A stretch of 64,000 bases of DNA from an uncultured Gemmatimonadaceae bacterium (GCA_963843845.1 CAWJMB010000002.1:2912001-2976000); one strand, 5' to 3'. Counted from the first letter of the stretch, positions 32,372 through 42,128 are shown. Translations and numbers: made by a program. Notes: a model not told the origin generated them from the letters alone.

Positions 32372-33162
32372 GTGACCGACTCGACGCCGCCGCGCCCCTC
32401 GCCCCGCATCCTCGCCGTCGACGTCGGCGGCTCGAACGTGAAGGCGCTCGCGTCCGACCAGGCGACGCCCGTGCGCCACCCGTCGGGCCCCGAGTTCACG
32501 CCGGACCAGATGGTCGCGACGGTACGCGAGATGACGAGCGACTGGTCGTACGACGTCGTCTCGATCGGCTTTCCCGGCCCCATCGCCGACGGCCGCGTCG
32601 TCGCCGAGCCGGTGAACCTCGGTCCGGGATGGGTCGGCTTCGACTTCGAAGCCGCGTTCGGATGCCCGGTCCGCATCATCAACGACGCGGCGATGCAGGC
32701 GCTCGGGGGCTACGGCGGCGGGCGCATGCTCTTCCTCGGACTCGGCACGGGACTCGGCTCGGCGCTCGTGGTCGAAGGGCACCTTCAACCGCTCGAGCTC
32801 GCGCACCTTCCGTACACGCGCTCACGCACGTTCGAGGGGATGATCGGCGAACGCGAGCGCAAGAACGTCGGCAACCGCCGGTGGCGCCGCCGAGTCTACG
32901 ACATCGTCGAGCGGCTGATGCACGCGATGCAGACGCCGAACCTGCTGCTGGGCGGCGGCAACGCGCGCCACCTCCGCAAGCACCTCGACAAGCTCCCGCC
33001 GACGACGCGACTCGGCTCGAACGCCGACGCGTTCCGCGGGGCGTTCCGGCTCTGGGCACCGCCCGAAGAGCGCGGCCACCAGGACCCGTCGCCCACCGCG
33101 CAGCAGCGGCAGGCCGTCACGTCGGCGCAGAACGTCGCAGCGAGAGAGCCCGTCGAGCCTAG
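32372..33162 (+). CDS. ROK family polyphosphate glucokinase-like; true 3' end uncertain
   Basis: DVGGSNVK, IGFPGP, INDAAMQALG, LGLGTGLG, ELAH; printed ORF runs into the convergent gene, so a frameshift before TAG 33160-33162 is likely. Confidence 0.8.
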
Positions 33163-34181
33163 GGTGGAAGGAGCGCCACCCCCGGCTGACGTGCGCGTGA
33201 AACGTGTCGGCGTCGACGTTGCTGCCGCAGACGATGACGCCGACGCGCTTCCCGGCGAGCCGCGCGCGGAGCGGACCGCCCAACGCCGCGGTCGCCGCGG
33301 CCGCGGCCGGCTCGGGGGCGAGCTTCACGTCCGAGAAGAGCAGCGCCATCGCGGCACGAATCGCGTCGTCGCTCACGAGCACGACGTCGTCGACGTAGCG
33401 CTGCACGAGCGAGAACGTGTACGGCGCCGCGTGCGGCGCGCCGAGGCTGTCGGCGATCGTGCTCACACGATCGATCGCGACGGGCTCGCCCGCCGCGCAG
33501 ACTTCGCGTCATCGAGTCCGCGCCCTCGGGCTCGACACCGTACACGGCACACGCGGGATCGAGCTGCTTCACGGCCGCGGCGATCCCGGCGATGAGCCCC
33601 CCGCCACCGATCGGGACGACGACCGCGTCGAGCGGCATGCCCTCGCCCCGCGCCTGTGCCCACCACTCGGCGCCCAGCGTCGCGGTGCCCAGCGCGGTGC
33701 GCGCACCCTCGAACGGGTGCACGAACGTCCGCCCCTCCGCCGACTCGATCTCGCGCACCGCCGCGAACGCCGCGTGCACATCGTCCGCGAGCACGACCTC
33801 GGCGCCTAACGCCTCGCAGCGCGCGACGCGCACGGGACTCGCCGTCCGCGTCATGACGACCTTCGCCGTCGTGCCGACGACACGCGCCGCGTATGCGACC
33901 GCGATCGCGTGATTCCCGGCGCTCACCGCCGTGACGCCGCGCGCCACCGCGTCCGGCGTGAGGTCGAGCATGTTCGCGAGCGCGCCGCGCGCCTTGAAGC
34001 TGCCGCCGTGCTGCAGCAGCTCGAGCTTCAGCACGACCTGCGTGTCGCCGCCGAACGTCGCGCGCGCGGCGTCCGACTCCCATCGCCAGATCGGGGTCCG
34101 CCGCACGAGCGGCGCGAGACGGCGCTCGAGGTCGTGGATGTCGTCGACCGTCGGCGCGTCGGCCGGGTGTGGCGCGGTCAC
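33159..34181 (-). CDS. PLP-dependent threonine/serine dehydratase, frameshifts near 33500 and 33180
   Basis: KLELLQHGGSFKARG, SAGNHA, PIGGGGL, CGSN. Confidence 0.88.
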   Translation of the reverse strand: MTAPHPADAPTVDDIHDLERRLAPLVRRTPIWRWESDAARATFGGDTQVVLKLELLQHGGSFKARGALANMLDLTPDAVARGVTAVSAGNHAIAVAYAARVVGTTAKVVMTRTASPVRVARCEALGAEVVLADDVHAAFAAVREIESAEGRTFVHPFEGARTALGTATLGAEWWAQARGEGMPLDAVVVPIGGGGLIAGIAAAVKQLDPACAVYGVEPEGADSMTRSLRGGRARRDRSCEHDRRQPRRAARGAVHVLARAALRRRRRARERRRDSCRDGAALLGREARPRAGRGRGDRGVGRSAPRAARREARRRHRLRQQRRRRHVSRARQPGVALLPP

Positions 34182-34528
34182 GGGTGCGCTCCGAGCGTCC
34201 GCCGCCCGTCGCGCAGCGCGGCGCCGTCTGCGACGGTCGCGTGGGAATCCGGCGCCACCGCCTGCCGGTACGACGTCGGCGCGCTCGCCGAGCCTTCCGC
34301 GGCGCACTGCACGTCGACCGGCCCCGCGATCGCGCCCTCGACGACATCGGAGCCGGCGAGGTAGCCGGCGCTCCGCACGTTCGCTCCCTCGTCGTGCGGC
34401 AGTGTCCGCGGCGTGCCGATGGTGAGGCGGTCGCCGCGCCACGACAGGTCGGCCGGCCACAGCTCCGTCGGCGTCCGCCCGCTCGTCGCGGCCGGCGCGA
34501 CGAGCGACGTCAAGAGAAGTTTTCCCAT
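34178..34528 (-). CDS. Hypothetical protein
   Basis: 116-aa ORF with GTGA overlap to the dehydratase; no recognisable family. Confidence 0.35.
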   Translation of the reverse strand: MGKLLLTSLVAPAATSGRTPTELWPADLSWRGDRLTIGTPRTLPHDEGANVRSAGYLAGSDVVEGAIAGPVDVQCAAEGSASAPTSYRQAVAPDSHATVADGAALRDGRRTLGAHP

Positions 34529-34632
34529 CGGATTGAAAGGGGCACGATGCTCGGAATGCGCTGACGCCTGAAGTTAGCCGGAGCACCGTCCCTCTCTCGG
34601 AGAAGGGGCACTCCTGGCAGGGCCTTACGCAT

Positions 34633-34675
34633 TGCGTCAGCGATTCTTGCGAGTTATGACGCACCGCGTTATGGT
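34633..34675 (+). promoter_or_regulatory. phaR promoter TTGCGA-N17-TATGGT with TGCGTCA/TGACGCA inverted repeat
   Basis: -35 at 34647-34652, -10 at 34670-34675, 6 nt before ATG; IR arms at 34633 and 34657. Confidence 0.55.
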
Positions 34676-34681
34676 CCATCC

Positions 34682-35227
34682 ATGCCCCGCGTCATCAAGC
34701 GCTACCCGAACCGCAAGCTCTACGACGCCGACGCGCGGGCGTACGTCTCGCTCGAGGAGATCGCGGCGCTCGTTCGGGACGGGGAGACGGTGCAGGTGCT
34801 CGACCACGCGACCGGCGACGACATCACCGCCCAGACGCTGACACAGGTCATCCTCGACGAGGGCAGGCGCGGCACGAGCCTGCTTCCCACCGACCTGCTG
34901 CACGGCCTCCTGCGCCGCGGCGAGCAGGCCGTCGAGCAGGTCGTCGACTCGGGGCTGTCGAGCATCGGCGCCGTGCGGCAGCGTGTCGACGGCCTCGTCA
35001 GCGGCTCGCTCGATCGCATGACGCGCGCGCTGCCGGCCGCGCGCCACGACGAGCTCGAGCAGCTGCGCGGCCAGCTCGCGTCGCTCGAGCGGACGCTCGG
35101 CACCCTGCTCCGGGACGACCCCGCACCGACCACGGAGCCCGCGGCGGCCTCGTCGCGGCGACCGCGCAAGCAGGCCGCGGCCACTCGCCCCCCTCCCGGC
35201 GCGATCCGCGGCTCGCGCACGAAGTAG
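34682..35227 (+). CDS. PHA synthesis regulator DNA-binding domain protein (PhaR-like)
   Basis: IKRYPNRKLYD...YVSLEEI...V.D..TG.DIT..TL.Q.I; coiled coil and basic tail. Confidence 0.9.
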   Translation: MPRVIKRYPNRKLYDADARAYVSLEEIAALVRDGETVQVLDHATGDDITAQTLTQVILDEGRRGTSLLPTDLLHGLLRRGEQAVEQVVDSGLSSIGAVRQRVDGLVSGSLDRMTRALPAARHDELEQLRGQLASLERTLGTLLRDDPAPTTEPAAASSRRPRKQAAATRPPPGAIRGSRTK

Positions 35228-35299
35228 CCGACGCTCAGCGCAGCACCGCAGCGATCGCTCGACCTCACTCACCGAACACCGTTCTTCCAGGAGCGACGC

Positions 35300-35441
35300 G
35301 TGAACGCCCCATTCATCGGCACGATCGAAGTCCCGCGCCGTCGATGCCGCGCGCAGCCTCGCCGCCGAGCGTGCGCCGACCCACCTCGCAGTCTACACGA
35401 AGGACGGAGCGGTGCAGGACACGAGCGGCTATCACGCGTGA
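35300..35441 (+). pseudogene. DUF2188-like small protein (frameshifted or truncated)
   Basis: AGGAG RBS + GTG; removing 1 nt gives MTPHSSARSKSRAVDAARSLAAERAPTHLAVYTKDGAVQDTSGYHA*. Confidence 0.5.
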
Positions 35442-35455
35442 GGGGGTGAGGCCGT

Positions 35456-36670
35456 ATGCCGCGACATGATGCGATCGGTCTCGCCCTCGCCGGCGGTGTC
35501 GTCGAGGGCGGGTTCTACGAAGTCGGCGTCCTCTGCGCGCTGGGCGAGGCGATCGAGGGGCTCGACCTCACCGCGTTGGGCGTCTACGTCGGCGTCAGCG
35601 CGGGCGCGGGGATCGCCGCGCTGCTGGCGAACGGCGTGTCGCCGCTCGCACTGAGCCGCGCGGTGCTGGAGCAGGCGGACGACCCGACGCTCGACCTGCA
35701 CCCCGACGGCGTGTTCACGCCCGCGTGGCGCGAGTACGCCGACCGGCTCGTCCGGCTCCCCGGCATCGCGGCCCGCACGGCGCGCCGCCTCGCCACGGGG
35801 GGCGCGCGCCGCTCGGCCTGGGGGCTGCTCACGGAGATGAGCCCCGCGATCCCGACCGCGCTGTTCGACGGGCGTGGCATCGAGCGCTACTTCGCGACGG
35901 CGTTAGGCGCGTGCGGCCGGACGAACGATTTCCGCGCGATGCCGACGCGACTGCGCATCGCCGCCGTGAAGCTCGACACGGCCGAACTCGTCGCGTTCGG
36001 CGCTCCCGGCCTCGATCACGTTCCGATCGCGCGTGCCGTCGCCGCGAGCATGGCGCTCCCCGGCGTCTTCTGCCCGGTCGAGATCGACGGCGAGCTGTAC
36101 ATCGACGGCGTCGCGCGCCGCACGATGAACGCGAGCCTCGGTCTCAAGCACGGTGCGCGCTTGATGTTGTGCGTGAACCCGATCGTTCCCGTGCGCATCG
36201 CCGGCGACGCGACCGAGCGTCGCTCGCTCACGACCTACGGCTTGCCGGGGGTGCTGTCGCAGACGTTGCGCACCGCGATCCACTCCCGCATGCACGCCGC
36301 CTTCGACGGCTACGCCCATTCGCATCCGGACGCCGATCTCGTGCTCATCGAGCCCGAGATGGAAGACGAGTCGCTCTTCTTCACGAACGTCTTCAGCTTC
36401 CGCAACCGCCGCGCGGTCACCGAGCACGCCTACGCCTCGACGCGGCGCTACCTGTTGCACGACTTCGATCGTCTCGCCCCGCTCCTCGCGCGGCACGGCC
36501 TCACGCTCCGGCGCGATCGGCTCGAAGCCGACCGCACGCTGTACCCGGCCGACCTCGTCGACGAGCGTCGCCCCAGCGCGATGCAGACCGCCGTGCGATC
36601 GGCCGGATCGGCGCTGGAGCGGCTCGAGCGCGCCGTGGCGCGCACCGGCAATCGTCGGCCGGCGGCGTGA
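35456..36670 (+). CDS. Patatin-like phospholipase/lipase
   Basis: LALAGG, GVSAG nucleophile elbow, ASMALP, YIDG. Confidence 0.9.
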   Translation: MPRHDAIGLALAGGVVEGGFYEVGVLCALGEAIEGLDLTALGVYVGVSAGAGIAALLANGVSPLALSRAVLEQADDPTLDLHPDGVFTPAWREYADRLVRLPGIAARTARRLATGGARRSAWGLLTEMSPAIPTALFDGRGIERYFATALGACGRTNDFRAMPTRLRIAAVKLDTAELVAFGAPGLDHVPIARAVAASMALPGVFCPVEIDGELYIDGVARRTMNASLGLKHGARLMLCVNPIVPVRIAGDATERRSLTTYGLPGVLSQTLRTAIHSRMHAAFDGYAHSHPDADLVLIEPEMEDESLFFTNVFSFRNRRAVTEHAYASTRRYLLHDFDRLAPLLARHGLTLRRDRLEADRTLYPADLVDERRPSAMQTAVRSAGSALERLERAVARTGNRRPAA

Positions 36671-36764
36671 CCGGGGCCCGGCTCGGCGGCTGTCACGGAG
36701 AGTGACGTCACGATGGTGACGTGACCAGTACCGCAGGCGAGAGCTCCGACGCGTCTCGAATCGG

Positions 36765-38493
36765 CTAGCCGCCGAACAGGTAGAGCAGCGCGCCGAACAG
36801 GAAGAGCCCGACCGACAGCGGCCACGGTCCGTGCTGCACGACGACGAGCGCCGCCGCGACGACGCAGGCGCCCGAGAGAATCGCTCCGCGCAATCCAGCC
36901 AGCGGGTTCGGCCGCGGCGTCCCGCTCGAGCGCCGCGTCCGCGACCCGGAATCCGTTCGACGCGAGCCGCGGCAACTGCATCAGCAGATCGAGCATCTCG
37001 GGCGCACTGCGGTACAGCTCGCGCATGATCGCCCGCGGATCGAATGTCTCGCGGAACACGCGCGTCACGTGTACCTGCGCCGCTCCCGCGACGTCGAGCT
37101 GCGGATCGAGCAGGCGACCGACCCCCTCGAACGTGACGAGCGCCTTCACCATCAGCGTCATCTCGACCGGGAAGGAGACGCGGTAGCGCGCGCCCAGCCC
37201 CACCGACTCGAGAATCAGTTGGCCGAGGCTGAAGTTTCCCGTGCGCGACTGCGCGACGAAGCGCCGCGACATGTCCGCCACCGCGCGACGGAACCCGTCC
37301 ATGTCGCCGCCCGGCCCCGTCGACGCGAGCGCCGCGAGCTGGTGCGTCGCGCCGTCGACGTCGCCGGTTACCAGGGCGTTGAAGTAGTGCAGCAGCCGCC
37401 GCCGCGTCCTCGGCTCGAACCGCCCCACCATGCCCAGGTCGATGAAGCCGAGCCGCACCTCGCCGCCCGGGGCGCGGAGGATCATGAGATTGCCGGCGTG
37501 CAGGTCGGCGTGGAAGAAGCCGTCCCGGTAGAGCATCCGCACGATCGCCTCGGCGCCCAGGTCGATGAGGCGCATGCGCTCCTCGCGCGGCAGCAGCGTC
37601 ACCTCTGGCGCGCTCGGCTTGAGACCGTCGAACAGCTCCATCGTGAGCACGGTCGACGAGCTGGCGCCGGGGTAGATCGTCGGGAACGCGATCCCCGGCG
37701 TGTCGGCGAAGTTCGCCGCGAACGTCTGCGCGTTCTCCGCCTCGTACGTGTAGTCGATCTCGCGGATCGTGTACGCACTGAACTCGCGAATCACCTGCCG
37801 CGGCTGGTAGCGCGGAATGACGCGCTCGAGCAGCCACCCGACGGCGCCTAACAGTTGCAGGTCGGCGCGAACGAGGCGCCGCACGCCCGGCTTGATGACC
37901 TTCACGACGACCGCCTCGCCGCTCAGCAGCCGCGCGCGGTGCGCCTGCGCGATCGACGCCGAGCCGATCGGCGGGTCCTCGACGCTCGCGAACACGTCGC
38001 CCATCGGCCTGCCGAGCCCCTGCTCGATGATCGCGCGCACGTCGGGGAACGGGATCGCCGGCAGCTGGTCGAACAGATTCTGCAGCTCCGCCGTGACGAC
38101 GCGCGGCAGGATGTCCTCGCGGACGGCGAGGATCTGCCCGAGCTTGATGTAGGTCGGCCCGAGGAGCTCGAGGCGCCGGCGGAGCTGCGCCGGATAGGGC
38201 AGCGCGATGATCTCGCGACTGAGGAACGGCCGGACGAGCGCCGCGCCGAGCCGCGCGCCTACCGACTGCACCCCGCGCCGCTGCTCGTCGGGGAGCGAGC
38301 GGACGTGGGCCACGAGCCCGCCGGCGAGCAGCCCGAGCACGTGGCGGTAGACGACGAAGAAGCGCCGCACGACGCCGCGGTAGGGCGCGAGCGGGTTGAG
38401 CGTGATCGTGGTGCGATGCGGCGGAGGGAGCGCGGGCGGAGGTGGCGGCACGGGCGCCGGAAGCACGACGATCTCCGGCGCCGACTCGCTCAC
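36765..38493 (-). CDS. AarF/ABC1/UbiB family atypical kinase, frameshift near 36900
   Basis: LGPTYIKLGQ, SASIAQAH, VKV, FHADLHAGN, IDLGMVG; C-terminal TM in shifted frame. Confidence 0.9.
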
Positions 38494-40034
38494 CGGTTGC
38501 GCCCGTACCGCTCGTGGCTCGACACCCAGTCCGACGACGAGATGGCCGACGCGAGCGACAGCTCCCCGGCGAGCACGACGCCCGCGACGATCTCCGCGAA
38601 CTTGTACACGCTGCCGCGCTCCGTGCAGCCGAGCACCGAGAGACACTCGCGCTGCGTCGCGAGCCCCACGCCGCCGCCGTGCGTCGCGACGATGAGCGAC
38701 GGGATCGTGATCGACATGTAGAGGTCGCGCTCCGGCGTCAGCTCCGCGAACGCGAGCCCGGCCGACGACTCCGAGACGTTCGCGACGTCCTGCCCCGTCG
38801 CGATGAACATCGCCGTGATCGCGTTCGCAGAGTGCAGGCCGTTGTTGTTCGCCCCCGACATGATCGAGCCGATGTTCGCGACGCCGTAGTGGTGGACGAG
38901 CGTCTCGGGCTCGACGCGCATCCGCTCGATGAGCACGTCGCGCGGCACCGTCACCTCGGCCGTCACGCGCTTGCCGCGCGTGCGCATGATGTTGACCTGC
39001 GACGCCTTCTTGTCGGTCGCGAAGTTCGACTCCAGATAGAACTTCGCGACCGGCTTCTCGTACCTGTCGAGGATCCAGCTGCACGCCGCGAACGTCGCGC
39101 GGCCGACCATGTTCTGTCCGGCCGCGTCGCCGGTCGTGAAGTTGAAGCGGAGGAAGGCGAACTTGTTCGACAGGTACGCGTCGATGTCCGTGAGCTTCGC
39201 GACGCGCGACGTGCCTTCCGCCTCGGCGCGGATCGTGTCGAGGTTCGCGTCGACCCAGCGCACGAAGTCGCGCGCCTCGCGGGCGTCGGTGAACACGAAC
39301 ACCGGCGCGCGCTGCATCGCGTCGCCCATGATCGTGCACTTCACGCCGCCCGACAGATTCACGAGCCGGATGCCGCGGTTGTACGATGCGACGAGCGTTC
39401 CCTCGGTCGTCGCGAGCGGGATGAGGAACTCGCCCTGCGCGTGCTCGCCGTCGATCTGCAACGGTCCCGCGAAGCCGAGCGGCACCTGCGCGACGCCGGT
39501 GAACAGCTCGCAGTTGCCGGCGGTCGTGTGCGGGTCGAACGAGTACCCCTTCACGTGGTCGAGCGTCGTCTTCGAGAACCGTTCGACGAACCGCTGCCGC
39601 TCGGCGATCGCGGCCGGGGCGTAGTCGTCGTCCCTGCTGCGCGGCATGCGCACGCGCCTGGTCTCGTCGTGCTGGATCGTGTCCTCGACGTCGAGCGTCA
39701 GCGTGCCGAACGGCCGGCTGTCGAACTCGATCTCGATCGCGTGCTTGCCGACCGGGAGTGTGGCGCCGCGTGCGTAGATGTCGAGCGTGTCGCGGAGCGC
39801 GAAGCCGATCGGCGTGCGCTCGGTGACGTCGGCCGGCGTCACCGTCTTCCCGCCCGGGATCTCGATGCGCACGCCGTCGAGCGGGACCGTCGTGCCCCCG
39901 ACCGTCACCCGCCGAACCCCCGTGAGCTGCGCGTCGCCCAGCCGGTTCTTGATCGAGAAGCGCACCCCGTCGCCGGTGTTCTTCAGGCTGCCGAGCGTGT
40001 AGAGCTGCTTGAGGAGCAGGCGGGGGACGAACAT
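38490..40034 (-). CDS. Class I HMG-CoA reductase-like protein with extra N-terminal ~120-aa domain
   Basis: ATTEG, DAAGQNM, TDKK, ATGQD, GGG, GELS, C-terminal His. Confidence 0.88.
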   Translation of the reverse strand: MFVPRLLLKQLYTLGSLKNTGDGVRFSIKNRLGDAQLTGVRRVTVGGTTVPLDGVRIEIPGGKTVTPADVTERTPIGFALRDTLDIYARGATLPVGKHAIEIEFDSRPFGTLTLDVEDTIQHDETRRVRMPRSRDDDYAPAAIAERQRFVERFSKTTLDHVKGYSFDPHTTAGNCELFTGVAQVPLGFAGPLQIDGEHAQGEFLIPLATTEGTLVASYNRGIRLVNLSGGVKCTIMGDAMQRAPVFVFTDAREARDFVRWVDANLDTIRAEAEGTSRVAKLTDIDAYLSNKFAFLRFNFTTGDAAGQNMVGRATFAACSWILDRYEKPVAKFYLESNFATDKKASQVNIMRTRGKRVTAEVTVPRDVLIERMRVEPETLVHHYGVANIGSIMSGANNNGLHSANAITAMFIATGQDVANVSESSAGLAFAELTPERDLYMSITIPSLIVATHGGGVGLATQRECLSVLGCTERGSVYKFAEIVAGVVLAGELSLASAISSSDWVSSHERYGRNR

Positions 40035-40070
40035 GCGGAAGGCGGTGAGAAGTGGGGCGCGCGACGAACG

Positions 40071-40443
40071 TCAGACCGCGACACCGTCCTCGACGTCGAG
40101 CGTCAACGTCCCGAACGGCTGCGACTCGAACTCGATCTCGATCGCGTGCGCGCCCGCGCCGAGGGGCGGCCGCCCACGCACCTGGATGTCGAACGTGTCG
40201 CCGAGGTCGAACGTCAGCGGCATCGAGGCGGAGACCTCGTGCGGTGTGACCGACCGGCCATCGGCCGTCGTCGAGCGACATCTGCTCGGGGGCGATCTCG
40301 ACCCCGTCGACCGCGAGCCGCCGCACGCCCACGAGCGTCGCGTCGAGCAGTCGGTTCTTCAGCTCGAAGTGGAAGCCGTCCGCGGTGTTCGCGAGGCTGC
40401 CGGTCGTGTAGAGCGACTTGAGAATGCCTTTCGGGACGAACAT
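40071..40443 (-). CDS. Stand-alone paralog of the HMGR N-terminal domain (1-nt frameshift near 40275)
   Basis: MFVPKGILKSLYTTGSL..KNRL.DA and HAIEIEFESQPFGTLTLDVED match the HMGR N-terminus. Confidence 0.8.
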
Positions 40444-40492
40444 GGAGCGTGCGGTTGAAGGGGCGTCATCTGCCGTCGACCGGAACACTAAC

Positions 40493-41791
40493 TCACCGCG
40501 CCGTGGCCGCCCGGAGCTCCTCGAACGACGCCTCGAAGGCGTCGACGATCCGCTCCGGGTCGGGAACGAGCCCGACGTCGGTCGCCACACCGACGCGCAC
40601 CTGGCCGCAGTAGCTCAGGATGCTCACACCCATTCCGAGCTTCCCGGACTGGGGCACCCAGAACATGAGCGTGTCGACCACGCGCCCCACGAATCGGATC
40701 GGCTCGCGCGGTCCGGGCACGTTGGTCATGACCGTCGTCGCCTTGCCGCCTAACAGATTCACCGCGAGCCGCAGCAGCCGCGTCGTCGTCCGCCCGAAGG
40801 CGCGCAGCAGCCCGAAGATGATGACCGCCTCGGGCGAGCGCTTGATCTCGTCCATCGCCGTCTTGAGCATGCGCAGCCTCTCCGACGCGTCGCGCACGCC
40901 GACCGGGAGGGGGAGGAACACCATCCCGAACTTGTTGCCCAACGCGACGTCGCCCGGTCGGCGCAGGTTCACCGGCACGACGGCGCGCAGCACGTCCGCC
41001 GCCGCCCCGCGCGACGCGAGGTAGCGCCCGAGCGCGCCGGCGACCGTCGACAGAAGCACGTCGTTGATCGTGGCGCCGTGCGCCTTCCCCACCTGCCGCA
41101 CCGCGTCGAGCGCGAGCGGCCGCGACCACACCGCCCGCTTCGTGACGCCGAGCCGGCCGCGGAGCGGCGTGCGCGGGTCGGGGCGCAGATCGGCGATCCT
41201 CGCGAGCGCCGCGGCGACCGTTCCCGTCGCGCGCGCCGCGCTCACGAGCCCGCGCCGGCCGACGAGCCCGCGCGCCGCGTCCCCCGCGTTCGCCGTGCGG
41301 TCGAACGCCGGGAGCAGCGGCGGCTCGTCGGCGATGTGGAGCAGCACCTGCACGAGCGACATGCCGTCGGCGATGCAGTGGTGCACGCGGGCGACGAGCG
41401 CGCCGGCCCCGGTCGGCAGCGTCGCGACGTGGAACTGCCAGAGCGGGCGCGCGTAGTCGAGCGGCGCGCTCATGAGCTCACCGACGAGCGTCTCGAGCGC
41501 CCGATGGTCGTCGGTGCCGCGCTGCGCCTCGACCGCGAACACGTGGTTCGCGAGGTCGAACTCCGCGTCGACGACCCAGCTCGGCCGGCCGAGCGGCCCG
41601 TCGGTCACGACGCGCTGGCGGAAGCGGTCGAAGCGCAGCAGCCGTTCCGCGAGGCCGCGCGCCTCGGCCAGGCCGAACGGCCCGTCGAACGTGAAGACGC
41701 CCGTGATCGTCATCAGGTTCGTCGGGTGCTCCATCCACCACCACGCGCCGTCGGCGGGGGCGAGGGGGAGAGGCGCGGGCGGGGCGGTCAC
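40493..41791 (-). CDS. Wax ester synthase/diacylglycerol acyltransferase (WS/DGAT)
   Basis: RPLWQFH, HHCIADG, TINDV, PVNLR, TNVPGP, SYCG. Confidence 0.93.
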   Translation of the reverse strand: MTAPPAPLPLAPADGAWWWMEHPTNLMTITGVFTFDGPFGLAEARGLAERLLRFDRFRQRVVTDGPLGRPSWVVDAEFDLANHVFAVEAQRGTDDHRALETLVGELMSAPLDYARPLWQFHVATLPTGAGALVARVHHCIADGMSLVQVLLHIADEPPLLPAFDRTANAGDAARGLVGRRGLVSAARATGTVAAALARIADLRPDPRTPLRGRLGVTKRAVWSRPLALDAVRQVGKAHGATINDVLLSTVAGALGRYLASRGAAADVLRAVVPVNLRRPGDVALGNKFGMVFLPLPVGVRDASERLRMLKTAMDEIKRSPEAVIIFGLLRAFGRTTTRLLRLAVNLLGGKATTVMTNVPGPREPIRFVGRVVDTLMFWVPQSGKLGMGVSILSYCGQVRVGVATDVGLVPDPERIVDAFEASFEELRAATAR

Positions 41792-42009
41792 GTCGGGCGG
41801 GCGGGGCGCTGGCGGTCGGGTCGGACGTCTCGCGGAACATCCCGGCCCGCACGCCGATGAGCAACTCCGCGCCCGCCGCTACTCCACGATCGTCGTCAGG
41901 CTGAGCCCCCGAGCTGCCAGTGGCCGCCGCGTCTCGTGCCCGGCGTCGTCGTCGTGACGCTCGCCCGGGCCGCCCGCTCGTCACCCCGACCGCGCCACGA
42001 GAACGAGAA

Positions 42010-42041
42010 AGCGGGGCCATCACCGAAGTGATGGCCCCGCT
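42010..42041 (-). terminator. Terminator downstream of tRNA-Gln
   Basis: 14-bp stem, UUCG loop, TTCTCGTT tail on minus strand. Confidence 0.8.
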
Positions 42042-42055
42042 CGCACTCGCTGGAG

Positions 42056-42128
42056 TTGCCCCTCCTGGGCTCGAACCAGGACTCTTCTGATCCAGAGTCA
42101 GACGTGTTGCCAGTTACACCAAGGGGCA
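42056..42128 (-). tRNA. tRNA-Gln(CTG)
   Basis: TGCCCCT/AGGGGCA acceptor, TCTGA-CTCTGGA-TCAGA anticodon arm, GGTTCGAG T-loop; CCA not encoded. Confidence 0.95.

Noticed and set aside
32372..33595. Long genuine overlap of ROK kinase with the convergent dehydratase
   Set aside because: Both genes have plausible stops at the shared CTAG (33159-33162) after single-base corrections
36448..40590. 1380-aa ORF as a giant fusion protein
   Set aside because: Chance in-frame join of the small-domain gene start, off-frame HMGR sequence and the ABC1 kinase, created by indels
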